From an uncultured Verrucomicrobia subdivision 3 bacterium (GTDB lineage Bacteria; Verrucomicrobiota; Verrucomicrobiia; Limisphaerales; UBA11358), in contig CAIRJF010000014.1 in assembly GCA_903878805.1 (NCBI GenBank), positions 18,426-82,425 of the forward strand: 64,000 bases of DNA, in the 5' to 3' direction. Under the pieces are notes generated by a model. That model was not told where the DNA came from and made no database searches. It worked only from the letters and a program-made list of their open reading frames with translations. The translations under genes were made by a program, and so were the position numbers. Numbering within the stretch: the stretch's first letter is position 1; each line of letters starts with the position of its first letter. Of the stretch, positions 27,301-35,136 are shown piece after piece.

Positions 27301-28821
27301 CTAAACATTATCTCCACCAACGTGATTTACACCGCACCCTCTGGCACTACGGTTGAAGGCGTTACCTTCGTCCCCCAGACCACGTCATATGGGACGGAAT
27401 TGACCCCGCCCCCAGTGCTTACGACACAGCTCGTCTCGACCAATGGTTATCCGACGTTCGCATTGGGTCTGGCCTCGGACGATGGCATCTGGCGTTCCAA
27501 TATCACTTCCATCACCGTCAATGGCAACCTGTTGCCGACCACTGCATATAACACTAATCAAGCCGGCATGTTGGTGTTCGATCCTGCTCAATATGCGCCA
27601 TTCAAAACCGTGAGCACCAATTTGATTGTCATCAGTGCCACGGGCTATAGCACCAACTCGATTACCCAGGTCATCGGCGGCGTGGCGGCTAAACTTCTCG
27701 TCACCACCCAACCTAAAGCCCCGCCGACAAATAATTATGCCTTGGCGACACAACCGGTCGTCACGGTGGTAGATGCTGGCGGCAACCCCGTTTCCAGCAC
27801 GGCCGTCATCACTGCTACGCCGGTGCAAGTCACCTGGACTTTTAGTAGTGGTGCTACGACTGTCTCGGCAAATGCTTCAACTGGTGCAGCTGTCTTCAGC
27901 GGCCTGACCCCTAATAACAGCACCCCGACTAATCCGATTCCAGTTGCCACAATTAGCTTCAGTTCACCTGGGCTTACCAGCGCAACCAACACCGCCTTCA
28001 TTATTCCTGGCATTCCGCCGGCGATAACCCCGGCGGCATCACCCACAGTGGACAGTCCGTTCGTCGTTACCTTCACGGACAATTCGGCTTGGCGCGCGGT
28101 CATCACCAACGTCACCGTGAACGGTAGTGCGCTGACAAATACCGCCTACACTGTGGCCAGTGGCCAAATCACATTCAACCCGGCATTATCCAAGCTGCTG
28201 CAGACCAACGGAACGGATACCATTTCCGTCCTGTCGTCAAATTACAATGCCTCCATATTCACGCAGACGATTGGCGCTGGTGTCGCCGCGAAATTGATCA
28301 TCATTAACCAGCCCTTGGATCCGCTAGCCGATGGTGGTGTCCTTACCCATCAACCTGTTGTGACCGTTAATGACCAATACAACAATTTGATTTCCACCAC
28401 GGCCACAATCACTGCTGCACCGGGACAGAGCACTTGGACTTTGGGCGGCACTACTAATGTAGCTGCAGTGGCTGGCACGTCCACCTACGCCGGTCTGACC
28501 GCGTTCAGCACTAATTCAGTGAGCGGCGTCACCATTGTGTTCAGTTCCGGATCGCTCTCGACGACCAGTCTTCCGTTTAACATTCCTGCACCAATTATTT
28601 CAACTCTTAGTGGGGTGAATTTGAGCGGTGGAAAACTGGCGTTCAGCTTCACCAACGCGGCCGGCTTGAGCTTCTCGGTTCATGCCACGAATAACATCAC
28701 AATTCCCAAGCCTTGGCCCGTAGTTGGAGCGCCTGTTGAAAGCCCGGCCGGAACTTATAACTTCACCGACCCGAACGGTGCGACCAACGCCCAATTGTTC
28801 TACTACTTGAGCCAGCCGTAA
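24322..28821 (+). CDS. Giant secreted multi-domain repeat protein (1499 aa)
   Basis: Signal peptide MKIKNIASIAALIAVSLFTANA. Two tandem ~230-aa homologous N-terminal domains (WTFDN...GSQGA(Q/E)F...IR(V/I)VNAATG...DNV). Three HID/DUF1533-like units (e.g. TFTDNSAWRAVITNVTVNGSAL), each followed by a Big-like unit (AAKL...QP...QPVVTV.D..GN). Central unassigned ~330 aa. C-terminal FYY-ending domain. Confidence 0.8.
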   Translation: MKIKNIASIAALIAVSLFTANAANTTLTAWTFDNNGLGSNISPTPSTGLGAAASVVAPYAPGNQTIVSLSGSSTISQPYSWQLQSGWSTNAPLGSQGAQFAGSTAGYYQVQVSFDVNATADAEAYLQVQYTTEGTIWHNATITSVGTGATIYNNSSTSNSLVVGSYCKLASGWNNQIKVSLVGVSGVDNCAAFAIRVVNAATGTNCLTTTGAHYNNTSGSWAFDNVVIQGVSYDTIADWTFDNLSSLPAPVNNPTPAISNNTATAAIIGFNLPSYVFADGSVGSTNYADIPKNGVPYSSTGSAGQYVWRLRGQNPGNGWNTAAPIGSQGAEFDVSTLNYSNVVLTFDLYQTSQGEAKMCVLYTTDGWVTTNIANNISYGANPTLIVSNSAANPLDLPGTYFFNTFGSIFFNNLIVDFTGDHTVENNPNFGIRIVNAATGSECVNYLGQPYNNASGNSRLDNVAINGQYEGLFAPVVTNAPVATVDSPFTNTFAVNAAWALNINSIYVNGLLVPSSAYTITYSNIVFNPANSTALQVSGLDSFVIYANGFTTAKYNQFVATGKAVKLTLTQPAAPSTSGGTLTLQPMEAVTDQYGNGTTNPYASMYVVASVSNSVAWTLGGSTTQPIVNGYCVFSNLTATVAGSTKVTGAAIQFTIYNYTNTATNGTTATNYSSTFTIGVPPVPFTLGNLAAIQSDTVSNNTTFSIIELQPSTAGQSKPVNIVPISATGANALRMSPSGSGGHLTLSDDGTFLCFAAYQDGSSVTPDETFNLNRAVGIISNNLAFGIPVSYVSSSFGGSQARAACSPDNQNFIIDDKGGLYVNNTLVYAQNNISVKSFGGATWALTAKVPYPPQPSMFQFVNGGANPLPPDAIDWSDPGDNGPKVVTSLTPPSDPVAQDFYLIATNGAYNIAYILDQNGGIGGTNTVISKWVFNSDPAVLVWSNVGRWTNIDNGDSLFATTNGVGGVYLFYANGGGAKSGNSIVRLTDQNVAGSLNIISTNVIYTAPSGTTVEGVTFVPQTTSYGTELTPPPVLTTQLVSTNGYPTFALGLASDDGIWRSNITSITVNGNLLPTTAYNTNQAGMLVFDPAQYAPFKTVSTNLIVISATGYSTNSITQVIGGVAAKLLVTTQPKAPPTNNYALATQPVVTVVDAGGNPVSSTAVITATPVQVTWTFSSGATTVSANASTGAAVFSGLTPNNSTPTNPIPVATISFSSPGLTSATNTAFIIPGIPPAITPAASPTVDSPFVVTFTDNSAWRAVITNVTVNGSALTNTAYTVASGQITFNPALSKLLQTNGTDTISVLSSNYNASIFTQTIGAGVAAKLIIINQPLDPLADGGVLTHQPVVTVNDQYNNLISTTATITAAPGQSTWTLGGTTNVAAVAGTSTYAGLTAFSTNSVSGVTIVFSSGSLSTTSLPFNIPAPIISTLSGVNLSGGKLAFSFTNAAGLSFSVHATNNITIPKPWPVVGAPVESPAGTYNFTDPNGATNAQLFYYLSQP

Positions 28822-28850
28822 GTTGTTCGGGTAAAAAATTCAAAACGCCA

Positions 28851-28884
28851 CGGGCGGGTTTCGCAAGAAACCCGCCCGTTTTTT
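28851..28884 (+). terminator. Rho-independent terminator after the giant gene
   Basis: cgggcgggttt-cgcaag-aaacccgcccg (11-bp perfect stem) followed by T6. Confidence 0.85.
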
Positions 28885-28916
28885 GCGTTCTAAAATGAAA
28901 AATCCGCAAAAACCCC

Positions 28917-29630
28917 TTATTTCACGCGGGAAAGCACGGTGAATAACTCGACTTTTTTGCGAATTATCGCAGTCAATTCAAATTTGTCCGCCATTGCCAA
29001 TCTTGGAAACCCAATTCCCTCCGCAATCGTCGGCGCATTGCGACCGCCAAAAATTTTCGGACAGATTGTGAGGTTGATTTCGTCAACCAAACCCGCGCGA
29101 AACAAGGCGTCATTCAATTCGCCGCCGCCTTCGCATAAAAGCCGGTTTACCTGCCACTTCGCCCGCAGCCAGTGCAGTGCAGCGTAAAAATTAATTTCTG
29201 TTTCGCCAAAAACTTTCACTTCATCTGCCAATTCCCGCAGCAATTTTAATTTTTTTTCCGAGGCGCGTTCCGTCGTCAGCACGATGATGGGCGAAAACCG
29301 TTTCTTGAAAATTTCCGCCGCCGGATCAATCGAGCCGCTGCCGCTGACAAGCACGCGCAAATTATATGCCGCTAGTCCTTTTTTAAGCCGCAGCTTGCGA
29401 AATTTTTCACCGCCCGTTCCTAAAATACTTTGCGAAATCTCCACTGTCCGTGCGCCGCACATCACCGCATCCGCCGTCGCGCGTAGCTCGTAGAGGTGTT
29501 CCAAATCCCGCGCGCTGCCAAATGAATGCACCGCGCGGTTCGCCGTCGCGATTTTTCCGTCCGCCGTCATCGCCATGTTGACGAAAATGAAAGGCAGTTT
29601 TGGATTTTTAATTTTTAGTTTTGAATTCAC
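28917..29630 (-). CDS. RibD C-terminal-domain reductase (diaminohydroxyphosphoribosylaminopyrimidine reductase / DHFR-like family)
   Basis: FIFVNMAMTADGKIA, RATADAVMCGARTV, LLCEGGGELN motifs. No deaminase domain. Confidence 0.75.
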   Translation of the reverse strand: MNSKLKIKNPKLPFIFVNMAMTADGKIATANRAVHSFGSARDLEHLYELRATADAVMCGARTVEISQSILGTGGEKFRKLRLKKGLAAYNLRVLVSGSGSIDPAAEIFKKRFSPIIVLTTERASEKKLKLLRELADEVKVFGETEINFYAALHWLRAKWQVNRLLCEGGGELNDALFRAGLVDEINLTICPKIFGGRNAPTIAEGIGFPRLAMADKFELTAIIRKKVELFTVLSRVK

Positions 29631-30700
29631 AAAATCAGCATCGCGTCGCCGTAAGAAAAGAACCGGTATTGCTCGCGAATTGCCTCGGCGTAAGTTTTCA
29701 AAATCAGTTCGCGTCCGCGCAATTCTTCGCCCGGCGAGGCGAAGGCGCTCACCAACATCAGCAACGTGGATTCCGGCAGATGAAAGTTGGTCAGCAGCGC
29801 ATCCACGATTTGAAACCGTGCCGGTGGAAAAATAAAAATGTCCGTTTTGACCGCATAAAAATTGATTATTCCACCGTTCAATCGCGCCACACTTTCGAGC
29901 GTGCGTGTGACCGTGGTGCCGACGGCGATGACGCGATGGCCAGACTTTTTTGCTTCGTTGATGAGGGAAACGGTTTCCAATCCAACTTCAAACCTTTCTG
30001 CGTGCATCTTATGATCAGCAATGTTTTCAGCCTTTACGGGTAAAAAAGTTCCCGCGCCGACGTGCAGCGTGACGAAGCAAATCTTCACGCCGCGCGCGCG
30101 GATTTTTTCCAGAATTTCCGGCGTGAAATGCAAGCCTGCCGTCGGCGCGGCCACGGAACCGGCGGGTTGCGCGTAAACGGTTTGATAACGCTCCTTATCT
30201 TCAGGCAATTCGCCGTGGCGTTCGATGTAGGGCGGCAGTGGCAATTCGCCGAGCGCGTCGAGTTCGGCGAGCAGATTCGGCGTGCCGGAAAATTGCAGGC
30301 GACGTTGGCCTTCGGCGTTCACGTCGGTCACGGTGGCAATTATTTTGGTCGCGCCGCCGTTTTTGTCTTGCAACTGGATTTGCGTTCCGATTTGCGCGCG
30401 TTTTCCGGGTCGCATCATCGCCCACCAATCGTTTACGGCAACTTCTTCGAGCAGCAACATTTCAAATTTTCCGCCGGTCTGGGAATTTTTTCCATGCAAA
30501 CGCGCGGGAATGACGCGCGAGTCGTTCAAAACCAAAACGTCGCCGGGATTCAAAAATTCCAGCAGGTCAGGAAACTGGCGATGTTCGATTTTTCCAGTTT
30601 TCCTTTGTAAAACAAGCAGACGCGAGCCGTCGCGGCGCGCGGCGGGTTGCTGCGCGATGAGTTCGGGTGGCAGATCAAAATGAAAGTCAGCAGTTCGCAT
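29627..30700 (-). CDS. queA: S-adenosylmethionine:tRNA ribosyltransferase-isomerase
   Basis: MRTADFHFDLPPELIAQQPA N-terminus and SVAAPTAGLHFT, AVGTTVTRTLES. The ORF is open to 30742, but the conserved N-terminus begins at 30700. Confidence 0.9.
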   Translation of the reverse strand: MRTADFHFDLPPELIAQQPAARRDGSRLLVLQRKTGKIEHRQFPDLLEFLNPGDVLVLNDSRVIPARLHGKNSQTGGKFEMLLLEEVAVNDWWAMMRPGKRAQIGTQIQLQDKNGGATKIIATVTDVNAEGQRRLQFSGTPNLLAELDALGELPLPPYIERHGELPEDKERYQTVYAQPAGSVAAPTAGLHFTPEILEKIRARGVKICFVTLHVGAGTFLPVKAENIADHKMHAERFEVGLETVSLINEAKKSGHRVIAVGTTVTRTLESVARLNGGIINFYAVKTDIFIFPPARFQIVDALLTNFHLPESTLLMLVSAFASPGEELRGRELILKTYAEAIREQYRFFSYGDAMLIL

Positions 30701-30801
30701 TGGTGCAAGCGTAACGGAGCGGGGCGGGCGATGACAATTCACAGTTCGGATAAATTGTGAATAACTTTTGAATAATTATCGGTTTCGCCGTCCAAATTCC
30801 A

Positions 30802-30845
30802 TTGACAAGGTGGCGTATTGTGGGTAGAAATGGGTCGTTGTGGGT
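30802..30845 (+). promoter_or_regulatory. dcw promoter candidate with three phased TGGGT repeats (MraZ-box-like operator)
   Basis: TTGACA at 30802-30807, then after 17 bp tagaaa at 30825-30830. TGGGT at 30821, 30831 and 30841 (exact 10-bp phasing), 25-35 nt upstream of the mraZ start. Confidence 0.6.
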
Positions 30846-30869
30846 GATTAAGCTGTTTGGCAAATCACT

Positions 30870-31343
30870 GTGAACAAAATGAGCGACGCCAAAACAATTC
30901 CGCAAACCGTTTATAATTCCTGCTTTCAGCATGGCGTTGACGAGAAGCGGCGTTTGCAGATTCCGGCGAAGTGGCGGCCGGAAGACGACGGCGTGGAGCT
31001 CACGATGATGCTCTGGCCGAAGCATAATGCGGGAATGTGTCTGCGCGTTTTGCCGCCGGTGCAGATGGCGCAGTTGATGGCGGACATTGACGCGATGCCG
31101 AAGGGCGACGAAAAGAAAATTTATCTGAAGCGTTTCATCGGCAGCGAATCCGCGCAGGTGACGCTCGACAAGGCGGGACGCATTTGCATCCCCGACGAAA
31201 TGGCGCGCAAGGCAGACATCAAAAATGACGCGGTGCTCGTCGGTTTGCTCGACCGATTTGAGATTTGGAGTCCGGCACGTTACGAAAAAGTCAAGGCAGC
31301 GGACGCGGTGCTCGCGCACGAAGCCTTCAAATTCATGGAATAA
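30870..31343 (+). CDS. mraZ: Transcriptional regulator MraZ
   Basis: Two MraZ/SpoVT-AbrB-type repeats (VDEKRRLQIPAKWR; LDKAGRICIPDEMARKADI). First gene of the dcw cluster. Start is GTG 30870 or ATG 30879. Confidence 0.85.
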   Translation: MNKMSDAKTIPQTVYNSCFQHGVDEKRRLQIPAKWRPEDDGVELTMMLWPKHNAGMCLRVLPPVQMAQLMADIDAMPKGDEKKIYLKRFIGSESAQVTLDKAGRICIPDEMARKADIKNDAVLVGLLDRFEIWSPARYEKVKAADAVLAHEAFKFME

Positions 31344-31348
31344 AAAAT

Positions 31349-31849
31349 ATGAACCTAGGAAAATTACTTGGCGCGGGGAAAACCTTTTTTGGCGGCGGCG
31401 GCAAAGTGGCCTATCGCACGGACAAAAGTTTTTACCTGCCGAAATTCAACGCGGAGAAAAATCCGTTTGCGCCGAAGCCGGTCGAGTCATCGCCTGCGCC
31501 CGCGCCGGAAGTGAAAAAAGTTTCCGCCGCGCTTTTGGCCAAGACGCAAAAGATTCCGGTGTTCGCCGCGCAGCAGCCGAAACCGGCGATGCCCGCGCGT
31601 TCGACGAGTTGGACGGATAAACTAAATCCGTTTCGCGCGCCGCAGCCTGCGCGGCTTGCGCCGCAAAGCGCCACGCAGGTCGAGCTTTCGCTCGAAGCCG
31701 TAAAAGTGGTTCACAACGATTTGGCGGACGCAGACATCGAAGTTGTGCCCGTAAAATCCCGCACGGCGGCGACGCCGGAACCGGCGATGTTGCCGCCCGC
31801 ACGCTCGTCCTGGGAATTTTTAGGCGAACGGCTCGTGAAACAATCTTGA
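31349..31849 (+). CDS. Hypothetical Pro/Ala-rich protein inserted between mraZ and rsmH
   Basis: ATG at 31349, 5 nt after the mraZ stop. 166 aa, low complexity (PFAPKPVESSPAPAPE...). No family recognised. Confidence 0.5.
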   Translation: MNLGKLLGAGKTFFGGGGKVAYRTDKSFYLPKFNAEKNPFAPKPVESSPAPAPEVKKVSAALLAKTQKIPVFAAQQPKPAMPARSTSWTDKLNPFRAPQPARLAPQSATQVELSLEAVKVVHNDLADADIEVVPVKSRTAATPEPAMLPPARSSWEFLGERLVKQS

Positions 31850-31859
31850 ACCATGCGCA

Positions 31860-32792
31860 GTGCCAGAATTCATTCACAAACCAGTGATGGCGGCGGAGGT
31901 GCTGGCCGCGCTGAAGCCGCACCCGAACGGGCGATACGCCGACGGGACGCTCGGTGGAGCTGGTCACGCGGCGAGCATTCTGGCCGCGAGTTCGCCGACT
32001 GGATGGCTGTCTGGGTGCGATCGCGATGGCGTCGCTCTTGAGGTAGCGCGCGCGCGGCTGAATGAAAAATTTGCCGGACGGTTTGAATTGCGGCGTGGAA
32101 ATTTTGCAGAACTGGCGGATTGGGTTGCGAAAAAAAGTTGTGACGGCTTGCTGTTGGATTTGGGCGTGAGTTCGCCGCAACTGGATGTCGCCGAACGCGG
32201 GTTCAGTTTCATGCAGGACGGGCCGCTCGATATGCGGATGGATCACCGGCAAAAACTGACCGCCGCCGATTTGGTGAATGGCGAGGACGCGGAACCGCTG
32301 GCGAAAATTTTTTGGGAATACGGCGACGAACGCGATTCGCGCCGGTTTGCGAAAGCGATTGTTCACGACCGCGCTTTGCGAAAATTTGAGACGACGAAGC
32401 AGTTGGCGGATTTGATCGAGCGCCTCGCGCCGAGGCACGGAAAAAAAGCGCATCCGGCGACGAAAGTTTTTCAGGCATTGCGAATCGCAGTGAACGATGA
32501 AATCGGTTCGCTGAAACGTGGTTTGGAAGCGGCGGTGAAAATTTTGAAGCCGGGCGGACGGCTCGCGGTGATCACGTTTCATTCGCTCGAAGATCGTGTG
32601 GTGAAAGAGTTTGGCCGCGAAAAGAGTCGTGATTACACGTTTTCGGGCGAAGTGGACGTGCCGGAATTGCGGACGCCAATCGTGCCGGAATTGAAGTGGG
32701 TTTCGCGCAAGGCGATTTTGCCAAGCGACGAAGAATTGAAAGAAAATCCGCGTGCTCGCAGCGCGCAATTAAGAATTTTGGAGAAAATTTAA
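31860..32792 (+). CDS. rsmH: 16S rRNA (cytosine1402-N4)-methyltransferase RsmH (MraW)
   Basis: HKPVMAAEVL, DGTLGGAGHA, LLLDLGVSSPQLD, FHSLEDRVVK motifs. Confidence 0.9.
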   Translation: MPEFIHKPVMAAEVLAALKPHPNGRYADGTLGGAGHAASILAASSPTGWLSGCDRDGVALEVARARLNEKFAGRFELRRGNFAELADWVAKKSCDGLLLDLGVSSPQLDVAERGFSFMQDGPLDMRMDHRQKLTAADLVNGEDAEPLAKIFWEYGDERDSRRFAKAIVHDRALRKFETTKQLADLIERLAPRHGKKAHPATKVFQALRIAVNDEIGSLKRGLEAAVKILKPGGRLAVITFHSLEDRVVKEFGREKSRDYTFSGEVDVPELRTPIVPELKWVSRKAILPSDEELKENPRARSAQLRILEKI

Positions 32793-32793
32793 G

Positions 32794-33168
32794 ATGGCAA
32801 AGAATCGTAAAAATCAGGCGGCGGCAATCCGGTTTGGGCCGGTATTGAAAGTCGTCTTACTGTGCTCGCTCATCGGCGGCTCGGCGGTCGGCTACGTCTG
32901 GCAGAAGAATGAGATTTATCGGCTCGGTCAGCAGATCCGCCAGCGCGAAACGAAACTCGCGCAGTTGCAGGGCGACAACAAAAGATTTTCCGACCAGATT
33001 TCAATTTTGCATTCGCCGGTGATGCTCGACCAGCGTGCGAAGGAATTGAATCTCGGCCTCGCGCCGGCGACGCCGATGCAAGTTGTGCGGCTGACGGAAA
33101 TGCCGGTCGCACCGGAAAAGAGTTCGCGTCAGTTTGCCCAGCGGCCAGTGACCGAACTCACGCCGTAA
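32794..33168 (+). CDS. ftsL: Cell division protein FtsL-like
   Basis: 124 aa. Single TM followed by a coiled coil (YRLGQQIRQRETKLAQLQGDNKRF). Sits between rsmH and ftsI. Confidence 0.7.
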   Translation: MAKNRKNQAAAIRFGPVLKVVLLCSLIGGSAVGYVWQKNEIYRLGQQIRQRETKLAQLQGDNKRFSDQISILHSPVMLDQRAKELNLGLAPATPMQVVRLTEMPVAPEKSSRQFAQRPVTELTP

Positions 33169-33194
33169 ATAAAAGTTAATTTTGGCCGCCGCTC

Positions 33195-35132
33195 GTGACG
33201 CCGTTGGTTGAGGAACCGATCGCCACGGGCGGCTGGCCGTTTTTTAGGATGACCAACAAACAACAAATTCGCCGCGCGCTGCTGCTGCTCGCCTTTCTTT
33301 CGCTGGCGTTTGGCGGTTTGTGCTACCGGCTCGTGGATTTGCAGGTGTTGCGTCACGACGAATTGAGCGCGGCGGGCGAGAAGAATACTCAGCGCGAATT
33401 CTGGCAGGCACCGCGGCGTGGCGACATTCTCGACGTGAACGGAAATATTCTCGCCACGAGCGTGCCGGTGAAAACGATTTGCGCCGATCCATCGCTGATG
33501 GGGAACTTTCAACCACTGATCGCGCACACGATTGCGCCGCTGCTGAAATTAAATGAAGCGGATTTGGTGAAACGGCTTACACCCTATTTGACACGTAATG
33601 CCAAGGGCGAAGTTGTCACAAATAATCTGCATTACGTCCGGCTGGCTAAAAATATTACCGAAGAAAACTGGCGGCAGGTGGCGGCGGCGATGACGAATCT
33701 CACTTTCGGTGTGGACGTAAAAAAATTGCCCCGTGCGCAAAGGGAATTTGTTCGTAATTTGAAAAACTATTCAGTGTTTTCCGAGCCGGATCAGATGCGT
33801 GTTTATCCGAATGGTTCGCTGGCGTCGCAGGTGATTGGTTTTCCCGCGTCGGAGGAGCAAAAAATCAGCGGGCGGATTGTGACGCAAATCGCCGGTCGCG
33901 ATGGTGTGGAATTGGCGCTGCAAAAACAGTTGAGCGGCGTCGCGGGCTGGAAGGTCACCGAGACGGATCGTGCGCAACATGAGTTGGTCGCCATGCGCGA
34001 CGAGGATGTGCATCCCCGCGACGGTTTGAATGTCGTGCTGACGATTGACTCGGTGGTGCAGCACATCGTGGAGACGGCGCTGACTGACGCGCTGAAAAAA
34101 CATTCGCCGCGGAGCATCACGGGCATCGTCATGCGCCCGAAGACTGGCGAAATTCTGGCGATGGCGTCGCTGCCGAATTACGATCCAAACCAACCGAACA
34201 CCATCACGCCGGAAACGCGCAATCGAGTGATCACCGATGTCGTCGAGCCGGGTTCGACATTTAAGATTGTCGTCGTGTCCGGCGCGTTGAACAACGGCAT
34301 TGTCAGCTTAAACACGCCGGTGTATTGCGAAAATGGTGCGTTCGCGTTTGCTGGTCGCGTGTTGCACGATCATGAACGGCTTGGTAACGAAACGGTGAAA
34401 AGCGTCATCACGAAATCGTCCAACATTGGCGCGGCAAAAATCGGCATTCAACTCGGCGCGGATAATCTTTACAGCTACGCGTGGAATTATGGTTTCGGTC
34501 AGCGCACGGGCATTCCGCTGCCGGGCGAGGCGCGCGGATTTTTGTATCCGGTCAAGGATTGGAGCAAAGTTTCCATCGCGCAGATTCCGATGGGACATGG
34601 CGTCGCGGTGACGCGGTTGCAAATGCTTTACGCCATGGCGTCCATCGCGAATGACGGTTGGCTGATGCGCCCGATGATTGTGAAACAATTGCAAGAACGC
34701 GATGGCTCGGTGGTGCAACGCTACGCGCCGGAGCGCTTGCGCAAAATCATCGGTGAACAAGCAGACTTGGATATGATCACCGCGCTGAAAACTGTGCCTA
34801 CGAAAGATGGCACCGCGCCGGACGCTGCGATGAAAAATTACGTCGTCGCCGGCAAAACCGGCACGGCGCAAAAGGCGGAAAACGGCGCTTACGCCTCGGG
34901 AAAATATATTTCTTCGTTCATCGGATTTTTCCCGGCGGATAATCCGGAATTGTGCATTTCGGTCGTGATGGATGAGCCGAAGGAAGGTTATTACGGCGGC
35001 AAAGTCTGCGGCCCGGTGTTCCGCGACATCGCCGAGCGTTGCGCGAGTTATTTGAACATTCCGCCCGATCCGAATCTGATGACCAACAATCCGTCCGCAT
35101 TCGTTGTGGAAAACGGTGCGCACAAACTTTGA
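33195..35132 (+). CDS. ftsI: Peptidoglycan D,D-transpeptidase FtsI (PBP3, class B PBP)
   Basis: GSTFK (SxxK), KSSNIG (SxN), AGKTGTA (KTG). N-terminal TM. An alternative ATG start lies at 33249. Confidence 0.9.
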   Translation: MTPLVEEPIATGGWPFFRMTNKQQIRRALLLLAFLSLAFGGLCYRLVDLQVLRHDELSAAGEKNTQREFWQAPRRGDILDVNGNILATSVPVKTICADPSLMGNFQPLIAHTIAPLLKLNEADLVKRLTPYLTRNAKGEVVTNNLHYVRLAKNITEENWRQVAAAMTNLTFGVDVKKLPRAQREFVRNLKNYSVFSEPDQMRVYPNGSLASQVIGFPASEEQKISGRIVTQIAGRDGVELALQKQLSGVAGWKVTETDRAQHELVAMRDEDVHPRDGLNVVLTIDSVVQHIVETALTDALKKHSPRSITGIVMRPKTGEILAMASLPNYDPNQPNTITPETRNRVITDVVEPGSTFKIVVVSGALNNGIVSLNTPVYCENGAFAFAGRVLHDHERLGNETVKSVITKSSNIGAAKIGIQLGADNLYSYAWNYGFGQRTGIPLPGEARGFLYPVKDWSKVSIAQIPMGHGVAVTRLQMLYAMASIANDGWLMRPMIVKQLQERDGSVVQRYAPERLRKIIGEQADLDMITALKTVPTKDGTAPDAAMKNYVVAGKTGTAQKAENGAYASGKYISSFIGFFPADNPELCISVVMDEPKEGYYGGKVCGPVFRDIAERCASYLNIPPDPNLMTNNPSAFVVENGAHKL

Positions 35133-35136
35133 GGGT

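Noticed and set aside
31446-32768. 440-aa minus-strand ORF overlapping the Pro-rich ORF and rsmH
   Set aside because: It is antisense to a confidently recognised rsmH. Its composition is Arg/His/Phe-rich and repetitive, as expected for the antisense frame of GC-rich coding DNA, and it has no recognisable motif.
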